A DNA stretch of 60,992 nt, counting the filler, from Platydemus manokwari (taxonomy: Eukaryota): NCBI GenBank assembly GCA_037951405.1. It is 6 parts of 6 records of this genome, joined end to end, with 100 filler letters (N's around TTAATTAATTAA, not from the genome) between each part and the next. Parts side by side here need not be neighbours in the genome. Positions count along the whole stretch, not along the records: positions 33,499 to 42,694 come from JBBMOY011284984.1; positions 42,795 to 51,900 come from JBBMOY011299094.1; 4 more parts are not named here. One strand, given 5' to 3'. The position numbers and the translations under genes are program-made. Below the pieces are notes generated by a model. It was not told the origin of the DNA and did no database searches. It worked only from the letters and a program-made list of their open reading frames with translations. Positions 37,336 to 52,000 of this stretch are shown piece by piece. The first letter of the stretch is position 1. The number at the start of each line of letters is the position of its first letter.

Positions 37336-38777
37336 CCATGTCAGATATTGGGATTTTATTGAATACGAATTCAAATCAATCAAAGAATGTCAATCCAAGA
37401 AAGTATATTCAACCAAAAAATACAAATAAATTTAAAATCATTAATTTTATTTAACATAATTTGTAAAATCTTTAAAATCCCAAATATTTATAATCACCAA
37501 AATTTATTTTAATAAAAATCAAAAAATAAAATTGATAATTTGGTTTGTTTGATGTAATTAGTTATTTCTGTCTATACATCCATTGTGACGTCATTGACCG
37601 CTTAGTCTTTCAGTCGCAGTAACCAGTTCAGATTTCGCTGAATATGTGAACCAGCAAGATAATTAGTGTAATAAATGCTGAACTCAATCTTGCATTTCAC
37701 ACGAATGATTGTTTTAATTTTGCTTTATTATTGAAGAAAGTTTTAACAAAAATCTAAGGTTTTAAATTGAGGAAAGTCAGGCGAATAAATGAAAATGATG
37801 TATTCGTTTCAAAATTCAACTATTAAAAAAATGAAATGTTAGTTCCAATCGGATACGTTTTCCAGTAGAAAAATTATCAGATGCTCTGCCAAATCCACTC
37901 GATAAATTGTCATTTTAAAAGACAATAAGTGTTTCACGAACGATTGAAAAATCGTGTCAAAGCCAATGACATTACAGAAAAATGCAATAAAGCATTAATT
38001 CCTTTGGTTCATCACAGCGACCTGTTAGTCTCGCTGATGCGCGAATTTTTGGAATTGTATTGAATTTTTCCCCAAAATTTGCCCGGGGATGGAGAATATC
38101 AAAACGATGCCTCAAGCAACTGTTAGAAAATGTAAATATTTTATCCACAAATAAAAATTTGTATTCGTTTTTAATATTATTGTTTTAATTGTTTGGATAT
38201 TTCATCAGTGAATTTGCTTAATCAATGGTTTTATTAGAATTTCTATCCAATTGATATTTCAACTGAAAATTTATCAGTAAAAAAACAATCTCATTTGAGA
38301 GAATAGTTTACCAGTGAGATTAAACAATCAATAAATATTTTTCTCTCTCATTTTAACCAAATTGTCTGAAACTAACTTAAATTATAATTTGGCTTTCTAT
38401 GAAATGTTTTAAATAGAGTCTCTTTGAATGGGTTTTTCATCAAAACAAAACAAAAATCTTTTTCAATAAGATTAAATCGAAACACGCAAAACTTATTCGA
38501 CTTTGAAAGTTTTTCAAACGATATCAGCTCCATTGGTTTCTCAGTTAGAAAAAGTTAATAATTTGAATTATTATAACCATAATTAATTTAGTTGTTTTCC
38601 GTAAATTTATTAAATCACAATGCTGGCTTTATGAGATTTACAAATGGAATTTTTTCATTTTATAAATTCTTTTTTTCAATTTGGACTAATCTTCGTTTTT
38701 TTTAAAATAAATGAATGCTAATGACAAAAACGCTAATTCGAATATTTGAATTCATTTTATGTTGTTTTTGGTTTTAG

Positions 38778-39360
38778 TTAAGAAAAGTAGTTCTTTGACT
38801 TACTTTTGTAATAATGAATTTTCGGGCATCAGATAATTTTATAAATTAATTTTATATATGATTGCGATGTCCGATTTATTTGTATAATTCAGTTAATATC
38901 TCACTTTTTAGTATATCTAATAAGGACAAAATAGAGTTTTAAAACCAAGCTCCTATTCTAATCACAACACTTCTATATGATTATTTGAGTTTTCATAATT
39001 TATTCTTTTGAAATTATAAATCGAGTTAGTTAATTACAGAAAATTTTATAAAATAATTCTAAAAATTGAGAGTATGCTCAATTTGCTTTTTATGTTAAAA
39101 AGATATCTTCGCTAATTTTCAATAAAAAAATCTACTTTGATCCGTTTTTCAAATAATCGGATTTGAAGATATTTTAAGGCTCTAGTGTATTTAATATTTG
39201 ATTTCAAACAACTAAAATTTTTGTTAAATATTTAAATTAAATCTTTTTTAAAAGAATATAATTAAAAAAACTATATAAATTTTTGCAACGCACTGAACAA
39301 ATTTAAAAATGTATTTCAGGACCTTTTTTTAACATTAGCCTTGTTCTTAAATAAATCTAC
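38778..39360 (+). repeat. Dispersed ~600-bp repeat, family B, copy 2
   Basis: Colinear with 17398-17995; weaker fragments at about 53970-54035 and 57170-57260. Confidence 0.85.
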
Positions 39361-42300
39361 TTTTAATTTTTATTATTAGCATCATCTAAATACTAAACAA
39401 ATATTTATTTATTGGCTCACTTTATTAAAATTTCTTATAAATGGAAAATATTTTGAATTTTATTGTAAACAACTGGATGTGTTCGTTATTATCAGTCGAT
39501 TATATAATTGAAATTTATAATCATACTAGATCTTAGAAATAATATATTAACCCATATTTTCTCCACAGAGAAATCTCACAAACAAAATATCCATAAATTC
39601 TATAGAATATTTAAAATGTCATTCGTTGTGTCGCAATAAATTCAAGTTATTTTAAAAATTCAAATTCTTTTGATTATTGTTTTATTCATTATGGTGCGTC
39701 ATGTCTATTCAATTTCAACGAATATCAGTAACTGTTGTTTACGATCTACATATTGTGCTTTGAAAACGTTTATAATTGTTATTATCTCGATGATGGATTA
39801 GTACAAAATATTTGCAATATAAGTCATCAAAAGCATTTTTTGTCTTTTATTAAAACATTTGAAGTCAATTTCGTTTTTATATTTAATAAAAATACATTGT
39901 TTCTGATATTTTCAAACAGCTTTTTATTTGTCTTTCTACTTTGAAATGGTAAAATTAGTTCAAATTAATTTTTTTAGTTTAAATTTATCTTACATAATCT
40001 TTATTAAATTTCGATTGATTTTCTTACTGCTACTGAGCCATTTTAACGAATTGGTTAATAAACCAATTTCTCTGTAGTCAGAATAATATTAAACTTAGTA
40101 ATGCTGTTTTTACTATATTATAATTATTAACAGTTATTGTGGAATAAAAGTCTCTTGAAATGTTCAATAATCATACTTCCTGTAGAAAATTGTTTGTCTT
40201 CACCTGCTACTTTAAAAAGTTTGATTGGTTATTTACTATATTATATTAAAGGATAATTATTTATAACCCCTTTATTTAGGATATAATGAAAACAAATCAA
40301 GCAGTGAAAGCAAATCTCGTGTTTAAGTTTATTAAAAATTTAAAATTAAATTAAATTGTTAAGTATATTATCAAATTTAGAAACTAAAGAAATATAAAAA
40401 TTATTCGAAATGCAGTTTGCAGATCATTGGATATCCTTAACTAAATTTCGACTGCTTTAATATTTTTTTGCATTATAAAATGAATAGTTGATCTTGTTGT
40501 CGGGTTGGGATGTGATAAAAATTGCATCTATGAAAAGCAAAAGCTTGTCGAAATGATAAGTAATAAAGTTTGAAAATTTAATTTAAAAAGATCACTTTCA
40601 TTTTCTTTAGTCAAATGTGTCATTTGACCAGTCATTGTTGCTTTGAAAAACCATCCAGATTTTGTCACTTTATGATCACGTATAATAAATTATTAAAACT
40701 CAATACCTAAAATTATAATTGTAAAATAACGGATCATACAAATTCAATAAGATTACCAATCCAAGCTACTCAAAAAACAAAATTTCTAAAAATTAAATGT
40801 CAAATAATATTGGATTTAGCGTCCGAGAGATAAAAATAACGAGAGAAATTATCGACCATTAAACGCCTGGTAGTTGTTCTGGAGAATCGACTTCTTTAAC
40901 AAACTTTCCGCGTGTGCTGTTTTGTTGTCTTGCAACTTTAGTTTTCATTCATTAGAGTCGTTTGAAGAAAAATTTCCGTCTAATTCTTACGTTATAGGGT
41001 TGTCTAGATGTTGGCTGCCTGCTGTGAATGTGCTGAAATTGACGATCGAAATCCAATAAGATATTAATAATTTAAAGGCATATGATTGATAAAAGCCACG
41101 TGAAGGTTGATCCCCTTGTTTCTGAGCTATTTTTGATATACTATGTCACATACTCCACAATAACATATTTATGTCAAAACGAATTTTCTGCTCTTATTAT
41201 CATAACTTTTCTTAAAGGATTATTTGTGTCTGTTGATTAAAAAATTTCAAGTAACGAATAACCAAATCAAAGAATTCCATAGCATTTTTGTTAGAGAAAT
41301 ATTAAAAATCAATATAGATGTGTTTTCTTTTAATCCGACGAGCATTCATGAACTAATTCCTTAAATTGATAGAGTTCCTAGTACTTATGATTTTAAAAGA
41401 TTCGAAAGATACGATATAATGCTACTGAATGTGAAATTACAGGTTATAGACAAGTAGGACGTGGAGACATCAACTATATAATTCCAATATAAAATATTTA
41501 AAACAACACCGAATATTTATTGATTAATAAAAATAATATTTTGATCCAATGATTAAAAAAATGAAAAAAAATAAAATTATTTTATGATTAATTAAATCTT
41601 TCGAATTTTTAATTAAATTTAATTTTCAATTCGACAGTGTGCAATCGATATTGTTTAATGAATAAGATTTCCACGATAAATAAATTAATTAATTTATCCA
41701 TTATTTGTGTGAATTTTCAACAAATAATTTCCTGTTTCTTGAAAACTAGCACTGATGATGGTGAAAAGTATTTTTAAAATCAAACTCATTGCTTCTGATT
41801 TCGTAACTTGATATGACTTTTATTTCCGTTACTGATTGATGTATTTAGAATGTTTATTAGATAAATCATAGTATTACATTTAACCTTTTAAAATGCTACT
41901 CTTTCATCTGACTGCAGTGAACAACGTGAAATCAGTACGATCTGCGATTGGATTGAAAAAATTCAACAATTTTAACACTTGGTCATCATCGTTTGAAAAA
42001 TATTGATTGAGAAATTAATGATAGCCATTGAAAGTTCGACTGTGATTTTATGTATTGAATTTGAATATAAAAAATAGCGTGGAACAATATATAGGTATTT
42101 CCACTAATAGTGAAGAAAATAATACAATAAATGCAGCTTTATTGAACATCTTGTAAGTTTTTGAAAAACGAAATCGCCTAATCTCAAATGAGTATCAAAA
42201 GTAAAAATAAATAAACAAATAATTCAACACAATTAAAAGCAAATAATCACATAATATTTTAGCCTTAGTTATCACAATAAAAGTTAATTTTTATTTTTTA

Positions 42301-42577
42301 TCTGACCACCAATTTCCAAAATCAAACAATTCAAAAGATGACACCAACGATAAAAGAAATAAAGATTTGATTTTAAGTTTATTTAAATTGTCAATTTTCA
42401 TGAAATAAATACTTTAAATAAATACTTACGTGTTGGTAGAATAAATTTCAAAATTCGACATTTGATTAACATTTTATATCTCAATCGATCGTTAAATCAA
42501 TATATGGGATTTTATGAATATTAAAAATCTTATTTAAAAGAATATTTATTAAAAATAATTTTTATAAATATTTAAAG

Positions 42578-42694
42578 CAGTGGTTTCCAACCTGTTGCAA
42601 AGGGGCATATCATTTTTGAATACAAACCAAAAAAGTCGAATAGGTGTCAAAAAATGAATCAGCAGTATACGTAATATATTGATATAATTGTATT
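42578..42694 (+). mobile_element. One end of a Buster/Charlie-type hAT element, cut by the gap
   Basis: Terminus CAGTGGTTTCCAACC, like the other two hAT copies, preceded by ATTTAAAG (NNNTANNN). Confidence 0.6.
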
Positions 42695-42794
42695 NNNNNN
42701 NNNNNNNNNNNNNNNNNNNNNNNNNNNNNNNNNNNNNNTTAATTAATTAANNNNNNNNNNNNNNNNNNNNNNNNNNNNNNNNNNNNNNNNNNNN
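42695..42794. other. Assembly gap with artificial linker
   Basis: N44-TTAATTAATTAA-N44. Confidence 0.97.
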
Positions 42795-43329
42795 CATATT
42801 CTGTTAATTATAATTGTCTATATATTTGTGAATAAATGTCTTTATATTATTGAATAAATGTCTATATATTTATGCATAGGGTTATAATACTCTTTATAAT
42901 AACCACAAGATAAGTTTTAAATCTTAACAATCATATCCTTTATGGTAATAATTTTGATAGTAAGATTTATACTGTGTCTTTAACATCCTTTACACACAAT
43001 AAAACATTCATAACAGTTAGATAAAAATGAGATTTGTTTTAATATTAAAAAACCCGTGTGATTTTTAAATAAAAATAAAATATTGATGGAAGCAACTTGT
43101 GTTTTTACTATAACTATTCTTATCAACAAAAAATATTAATAATATATGGTAACAGCAAAAATGAAAATTAACTGTCTAGACCAATAGATACCTTTAGCAA
43201 CATTTTAAGAAAAGAGTTATAAATTTTCGTCAGGTGGATTGATTTAGAAAACTTTAACTATTTCGACACTTTTCTAGACTTGTCAATTATATATCATCAT
43301 TTTAATAATTTGATAATGTCCAATAAACG

Positions 43330-44340
43330 TGTAGAGAATAGTCTTCGAGTTTCACAACTACAAAGCACTCGAATACCATCCTCCTCCATAGTTCATTTTA
43401 TGACCCAGTCGTTCTCTTAGCCTGTTTCTCTGCAAATCCGTGCAAATTGAAGAATAAGATACTTCATGATAAGAATTCCACCTTCTCTTATCTTATCTTC
43501 ACATCCTATGACTAAGCTTGTGGTTGAAAGAACTTTTCCCTACCTATCCAAAACTTTCTCCAACTACTCCAGGTTCTGATTGCTATTCTCCTAAAAACTG
43601 AATAACTATTGACCTTCAACATACTTTCATATAAGACACTTTGCTGAATCTAGGCTACAATCAACATCTCATGTATTTGAGATCGATTTCCTTGTTCGAT
43701 GCCTCTCTCTGGAACTTTTCCTTCATTATTTTTAGTCTTAACAATACTACCCATATTGCCTCTGACCTTCATTTGAAATATAATATGCAAAAATGGTAAT
43801 TAGAACAGAAACACTTTTAATAAAATTGAAATTTTCATTTTTGTTGAATCTGTTTCTCTCGTTAACCCTTCAAACTATTATAATCATCTTGAAGTTCCCA
43901 TTGGAGAAAATATAAAATCCTATATTTCTGAAACCTTAAACCTATCACTGCTGAGTTTGAAGTCATAGCAAAATCCCATCGTCATCCTTCACAGAAATCC
44001 AAGGTCTTTACATTCTTCGTATTAGGCAAATTCAAATTACCACTTATACTCTTCTATTATCTTGAACTCTGATAATTCTAAAAATCAAACTTTTGATAAA
44101 AAATCCACTCCATAAATGTCTTCTGAACACTTCTTTCTTTTACTCTGCTCTAAAAGGATCTTGAATTACCGATATTGAACTAACTCCTTCTCTTCTCGAC
44201 TACTGTGTCCATAAGTATTGTCTGTGCTTTTTACTTTTTTACCAGTGAAGATGTTGAATTCCGTGGATTCATAATCTCCCAGCTTGTAAACATAGCTGAT
44301 AATTGATCTTCTTTTTCTTTCCGACTTGAAAAATTCTTTA
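43330..44340 (-). mobile_element. Possible heavily degraded Ty3/Gypsy pol (RT/RNase H) remnant
   Basis: Strand-biased, coding-like composition. Scattered remnants EASNKEI (cf. DASxxGIG) and GKSSFNHKL (cf. GRxFxxxTDHKxL) appear in the expected order, with many stops. Confidence 0.3.
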
Positions 44341-47300
44341 CATTTTATAATTTATAAAATTCCTATAATAAAACATGATAAAATGGATTTTTTTTATCGG
44401 TAAATTTATAAAACAAAAAACAGACATTACCAATTACGTTGTAATTGTTGGTAATTCTGCGAAAGACATATTCATGACCTTCTTGAACAATGTCTTCGTT
44501 CTCTTATTGTTGATCCTGAGATGAAATTCCAAAACTTGATTTGATTCTAGGTTCTAAATAAAATGCATAAATTATTTCTTTTCTCTCTTAATCAGAGCCC
44601 TCTTGAGAGAAGACTATAGTGCTTGTGAGAATATTTAAAATTGGATTTAAAAATTTAAGATCATAGTATATATTAAAATTAATTTAATTTTAAAAATATA
44701 TTTATCATATATTTATAATCATAACACTCTAAGTTGAAATTAAGATAAATTTCCCCCAAATTGTTTAAAAATTCTGTTGGAGACCATAGACCGGCTAATA
44801 CTCTACTCAGATAGTGAGGAGAGCAAAGGCGAGAAGACTCCTATCAGCATTAGCTCATCAAATGGAAAAGCAAGATAGTTGAGTTGAAACCCTTGCAGAA
44901 ACCTTTGCAGACAACAGCAGAGGTATAAACATCACAACCATAAACACCCCAAATACAACAATAATACAAGAACAACAATAAAATGCACCACAAACAACAA
45001 GAATAGATCTCAAAGGTCAATGGAACCAATAGAAACCAACCGGTAATGGAAAACATGGGGAAAGAAGAGCTGGACCGTGGATTTAGATGCTTAGAGGACA
45101 GTGGAAGATTCATGGTACTGCTTCAACATGACTGCTCACCAACATTTATTCGTTCAATCCAGATCCAAATATTCAAAGATTTGTGAACATTTAATAGTTC
45201 TAAGTGATATTCTTGTGAGTCCTTGATATTCTTGACAATTCATGGAGGCTCTTTCGATTTATTGATTATTATTTATCTTATGATCAATTTGCAAAAATAG
45301 ATTGATTTTAGTAAGTTTTATACAAAAATATATATTATTATTATTTATTAAAAGTTAGCTAAAATAATTTAGGCGATTTTAATAAAATAAAATAACTAGG
45401 AATAAAAAGAAAATTTAATTAATAATTTTACACGTTGACAAATTGTATAGTGTTTTTAATGACAATAATATCATGCATAATTAAGGAGCAAAGTAAATTA
45501 AATGATAAAAATTTGTGAGAGTAATGGATTATCCTAGGTACAAAGTACCGAACTTCAGCAACTATATAAGGTGATGAATTTTTATCTCAATTTACCCTTA
45601 AAAATTGAGGGTAAAGCGGATTAAATAAATCTGAAAGTTCGACGAAGACTTATAATTTAAAATAGAGCTAATTCGGAAAACTTGAGATTTGTGAAAAATT
45701 ACAATCTATGGCTAATTTGGAGAATTTGCGATGTTTTGGTAAATCTGATTAATAAACTATAAAAGCTTCTCAAAAGGATCAAATATATAATTTTTGATTT
45801 GAAATATTATGGAAAACCGAGAAGTTCTCACGTTCACGGTGAGATAACTAAACCAATTTGTTGAAATAATCTTATGTTTGAGTTAAACTTGCGTGTGTAA
45901 AATTCGTTGTGAATAATACAAATAAAGATTTAAATTCTATGTTGTTATTTGCTTGATCACTTAATTAATCATAAAACTCAACCCAATAAAACAATAGAAC
46001 TAACGTTGTTGAGTTGCTAATAACATCTATTAAAAACATCCATCACAACCCAATAGTTTTTATTAAAAATATAATTTGTTAATTCTGAACTCAATGCCTT
46101 ATTATATTAGTACTCAAGAAACCAAGGCTACTAACATTACATATCGTGCACATACAGAGCACCTTAAACACCTTTTATAAATCATCATTCCTTCCATTTA
46201 TAAAAAATTTATATCTTTTTGCTCAGATAATCGTCAAAATTCAATAACTGATGATTCTCAAAACTTCTTTCCGACGTCTCCTGAACTTAAATAATTATAG
46301 TGTCATTATAACAAAAAATTCTACTTAAATTCCTTCAACCACCATCATAGTTCTAGTGTTAGGCACAAGATAGTAAAGACAACAAAGGAAATATCAATCC
46401 CTTCCAAAACTACAAAAAATCAAACTAAAAAGCCTTTAATTTCTAAGTCAGTCTGTAGGATAATTCCAACCGGAACACGAAGATTCGAGATTTAGTCTAT
46501 ATTAGTATTAATTTTTTCCCGGAAACGATTTAAAGTCACACACCTCAGACAGTAATTAAATGTGTTTTCCATTTTTTACATGCTTGATTCCATATTTTAT
46601 CTTTTATTTCCTTGCAACTTCATCACCGTCACAAATAATCATCTGCTCGATTTTAAAAATGAGACCTTTTATTTGAAAAAGTCGATGTGAAAAACGAATT
46701 TTTTTATTTCGAAAATTTCTCATAGAGTTTCATTTTAAATTTATTATCAATGGCCAACATGATTAATAATAACTCATCAATTATCAATCCTTTTATATTC
46801 CATTTCCCGCTCGCATTTCCATGATTCGATTTCTTTGGTCAAACGTAACGTAAAGCTAATAATATATCTCTCAGATCATCATCGATCAAGATTATTCATA
46901 AATTTAATTAAAGCTAGATTAATTAATTTTCTAATTATTTTCAGTTTGAAAAATTACTTTCAAAAATCATCAATGGAGCGAGCATGTGAAACAGAATAGA
47001 ATATAATGACAGTGGGATTTTGTCAATCTATTTTGGAAATAATTTTACCTACTCTAACCCCATCTATCTGTACATTATTATTTGTAATAGTATTTCTAGT
47101 ATTTTTTTTATAATTTCTAACATTATGTTTACCTAAGCACGGAGAATAAAAGTCTGCGCATGTTACTATGTGACGTAGTCGAGTTAGATTATCAATAGTT
47201 TTCTCACTGGTTAATGAGCTCATAGCCATTTTGTCATGGCAACGAGAAATTGTATTCGCCGTACGGTAAGGTGTTGTCATGCATGCCGCGATAATTAGAT

Positions 47301-49839
47301 TGTGTATGTGGCACAGCTTGGTTGTTTTTTTTCTATTGAAATGAAGTTCATTTCTTTTTTTATGTGAATAATTTCACTTGTTCTCCATTTGCCCGTGATG
47401 TAATAGTAATTCTATTTTTATATATCATTCTGCTAGTAGAGAAAGTATGACGAACAAATAATAAAAGCAAAAATCAATAATTAACTATTTTAAATCCGTG
47501 CAGCGAATTGTCATTTGTGGAAAAAATTGTGAGCCATTAATGATTAAAGAAAACGATAGAGAAGCAATATTGTTTTTGCTAAATGAGACAAAAATAATTG
47601 TTTCCCACATTTGACTCCATGTTGTCATCACACCAACGTAAATGATATCAAAGAGGTGTGGTTTTATTTTTATAATCAACGTTAATATGAGTGATAACTG
47701 AGATTCAATAATAAGCGAGAATTTTCATCACAGAGTTAAATAAATGTGTTAATTATGTTGTTCGATAGCTGTTTAATGGCTTTCAACCTATTTGGTGAAG
47801 TGATTTAGAATCATTCTTTAATTTTGACCAAAACCGAAATGTATGAAGAAGTTCCTCCAACAATGTTTAAAACCAAGCATACCATATCGTCAAAAGTTCT
47901 AAAATAAAACAGCGTAATAAATAAAATATAATGACGATATTAAGATAAAGAAAATTTATTTGAAGGACACGCTCATGTAACAGGACTAAACGATGCAACA
48001 GAGTCCAAATTCCATCGTATTTTTATAAGCATTACATAATAATGATTATCAAGGTTAATAATATGCAACAAGTTTATTGTTATTAATTTTTCCTGAACGA
48101 AGACAAGGTTAGGTTTAAATATGTTGGATATTAGTTCAAAAATTAATTTTAGTTTTGATCTGGCTCCAATGATTGGTGTAAAACTATAAAGCTAATTGGT
48201 ATTTTTAAACTATAAATGAAAATCAATAAATAATTCAATAATCAATAAAATGTAATTCATGCATTGCAATTGTTATAGACTCATTGATATTGAATTCAAT
48301 AAAATTACAATACTAGATAGACAAATGATTATTAAAGCGATGACACATAAATGATATAAACAAGTAACACGGATTTATTATTTTTTATTATAATGAATTC
48401 TAGTTAGGCTATATTAGTTAAATTTTAATGGTTTCTTAAGTCTCTTGTGCTTTTCTGCAAAAGTCATAGTTTTGTTTAATGATTTGAACTAGCGTAGATC
48501 TAATGTCCTCGTAGCCACTAGCCTAATGATTGATTGTAATTGATTTATTTCTCTTACCTTTTTTCGGCTTTTAGTTGGATTAGATCCAAGTCAAATGAAT
48601 TTAATTAATTAATTATTGTAAAAATAAAAAAATATTTAGTTGGTCGTTAAAACAGAATAAAGAAATTGAGTACGATGTCTAAATTTGTACCTAGTTAGAT
48701 AGCTTTGCGAAGATCACATCTGGAAAGGTTTCGAAGTATAAATTTTTTCTGGCTCTTTTGCGATTTGTGAAAGTGTAATTGTTTATGAGCAGTTTTATAA
48801 CGATCAAAGTAATAAAAATAATAATTTTACTGATTTGTTAGATTTTATTTCTTCTGACTTTTGAATCTCTTTCTGATTTAGTATTTTTAAATACTATTTT
48901 TAGGTTCATTAAATTTGATTTTCTATTTTTAGACTTCGTAATTTATTTTACCTATTTTTGGATTTGATTTAATCTATTTTTAGATTATAGGAGATTTTAT
49001 ATATGAATCATTGAAAAATTTGGATGATTATTTATTATAAGGTACGTTACTCCACAACACTGCTTATATCATCACAACTATTTCTTAGATTCAACTCAAT
49101 TAAATTTCACAAGTTAGTCACATCCATTTGGTATTATTAATAATCCCATAGATGTATTCATAACAGTACTCAAGTCCGAAATGATAATTTCAACCCTATT
49201 AGATTTGCTTTGTTATTAAATTGGGGTTATCTCTCATTTCTAGAAATCAAAAGATTTAATTCTTGAATAAATCTTAAGGGAATATCTAGAATTATGTTAA
49301 CGTACCACAATCATATATATGGTTAATAAATCTTTATCGAGTTTTGCTTGCCTATTCAATCCATCAGTATACTATCTCTTATGAGCTGCATCGTTTGAAT
49401 CAGCAAACCTTCATATCAATGACAAATATATTAAAGAAAGCTTTGTTCGATGTTCCTGACATGTATTGTTACATTTTTCGAGATTTAAATTTTTATTCGT
49501 GCTTTTTAAAGTGTTCCTAAGGATGAAACATGTAGCTTAATCAGAAGCATCCCAAATGATAGATAAGGCAGTATTCAGAATATGAAAATATTGGAAACAT
49601 AATCCATTGTGAGATTTACGTTCAGAGATTGAGAAAATTGTGTGTGCTCATTGATAGATGAAATCAATGCAAGGATGAAAAACTCCACTTTGTTATTAAC
49701 TATTTTAGGTCAGACGAAAAAATTGTTTTTAATTTATAAAGATATTCGAAAAAAATATAAAAGAATTCTAAAGAAAAATGCTAATCATCTACAATACAGA
49801 TGCATTATTATACACATTTCTAAAGACTACCACCTATAC

Positions 49840-50214
49840 CAGCGGTTCTCAACCTTTTTTCTATGCAATCCATTTCCCCATTTTTAAGATCTTGGTAACC
49901 ACAAAGAAAATCAGTATTACTAAAAATAAGTCATAACTCATCATATTTGATAAAACTAATTTACAGCAAGTAATGAATTACCTATAATAATAAGATTATC
50001 AGATAATAAGATTACCTATAAAATACTTAACTGTAGTAGTCAAGGTAATTGTAAACAGTATTAGTTTAATCAGCATCACAAACTATTTATTTAACAGCAT
50101 CATAAAACACAACTTTCACAGATAATGGTTTGTACACCCACCATAATTCGGTGACTCCTTTAAAAATGCTTGCCGACCCAATTTGGGATTGCGACTCCAG
50201 GTTGAGAACCACTG
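49840..50214. mobile_element. 375-bp hAT (Buster/Charlie-like) MITE
   Basis: TIRs CAGCGGTTCTCAACC and GGTTGAGAACCACTG (14/15). Degenerate 8-bp TSD ACCTATAC / AATTATAC (6/8, central TA). Confidence 0.85.
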
Positions 50215-50489
50215 AATTATACTGTTACTTAAAATTTGTTTAACCATTGGTGACTGAAACAAATCCCACCCACATTAAACATAAATTTTCACATCATTAT
50301 GATAGAAAAAGACTCTTGACTGAATAATTCGTTGAAATGGACACCTAATCTGAATTTCATGTCACCTTTTGATAAAGTAATAAAGATATCATGGAGTTTT
50401 TCTATCACAATTTGTGAGGAGGTAGAAATTTTCTCTAATCTGTTATTCCATTAGTAAAAATGATGCAAAGAATTTCAAATCTCTTTTCG

Positions 50490-51170
50490 ACAGTGTGAGA
50501 TATTTTAAATGAATTTAATTTTTAATTCAAATTTAATTCTAATTTTATATCAAGTCATATTTATATAAAATTAAATTAATTTGTTTAAATATTCGTATTT
50601 TAAATAGATGATTGGTGTATTGATTTTTCATTTCGTTTTTAATGTGTAGTTCCATGTGGCGACCATGCATTTGGATTCGATTCTGAAAAGATCAACGACT
50701 GAAAATTATAGAAAAAATGAGAAAGATACTGAGACTGTATTGAGAACATATAAAAAATATATAATGGAAGATATAAAGAAGTTGTAGAAGAGATAAATAA
50801 GGGGATATAAAAGAAGATAGAAAAGAAGATAGAAAAGAAGATAGAAAAGAAGACAGAAAAGAAGATATAATGGAGATGTAAAAGAAGGTATTAAAAGATA
50901 GAAAAAGAAGAGTTTTCGTTTAATGAAATATGTAGAGTTTCTGTACAGATGCAATTAACAAAATCAAAGCTTTTAAAGAAAGGGGCGTGTGAGATATTTT
51001 AAAAGAATGAAATTTTTAATTCAAATTTAATTCTAATTTTATATCAAATCATATTTATGTAAAATTAAATTAATTTTTTAAAATAATTGTTTTTTTTAAA
51101 TAGATTTGTGGTGTCTTGACTTTTCATTTCGTTTTTAATGTGTGGTTTTTTAAATAGAAGCGGCTAACAG
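50490..51170 (-). repeat. Dispersed repeat family A, inverted copy
   Basis: About 155-bp direct repeats at 50492-50650 and 50988-51143 flank a purine-rich core with an AAAAGAAGATAG tandem. The reverse complement matches 36830-37175. Confidence 0.8.
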
Positions 51171-51900
51171 ACAGTATTATGTTAAAGAATTGAAGACGAA
51201 TAACGGAATAGCAATTGGCAAATTTCGATAATTTGTTTTTGATTTGAGCTCATTATTTCGCCTTTGCGGAGAAAAGGATATCCACGAAATTGTCTATCTA
51301 AAAGTCTATTAAAAATGTGTTTATCAATTTGGAATACCAGAATAAGTAGTCTGGTTCAGCATGAAAGATAATTTAATCTATTTCCAAATATATTAGCAGA
51401 ATTATCAAGAGAACTTTGAGCGTCCAGTAGAACAATCAAATTATTCTGATCGTATTAAATTGGGATATAAATATTAATTTAATTTCTTGTCAATTGGGAA
51501 TGAACAAATCGTTCAACTTTTCAAGATGGCAGCGTGTCAATCTTTTTTATAATCACGAATCTATTAAATCAACACAAATAAAATTATATAACTTCATAAT
51601 AATTTAAACAATCACTGAGAAACATAAAACACAAATCTATCTCCAGAAGGTTTCTATAAAATGGCATTTTTTGTTTTAATGAAGCAAGTAATAATATTGA
51701 GAAGTTTATACATGAGACTGATTATTCACGTTAGATATTTTCCAGACTCATTCCAGTCTTAATCATATCCATTACTGAACTGACAATTTGAATTTTGAGG
51801 AAACATAATAAATCAATTAAGAATATTTTCGAATTAATTTTGATATCTGTTTTTATAATCGAAAGCCGTTGTAACTGCTCACAGAAAAAATCAATAATCT

Positions 51901-52000
51901 NNNNNNNNNNNNNNNNNNNNNNNNNNNNNNNNNNNNNNNNNNNNTTAATTAATTAANNNNNNNNNNNNNNNNNNNNNNNNNNNNNNNNNNNNNNNNNNNN
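51901..52000. other. Assembly gap with artificial linker
   Basis: N44-TTAATTAATTAA-N44. Confidence 0.97.

Noticed and set aside
9427-52000. TTAATTAATTAA palindrome recurring five times
   Set aside because: Always centred in a 100-bp N block; it is an artificial scaffolding linker with stops in all six frames, not biology.
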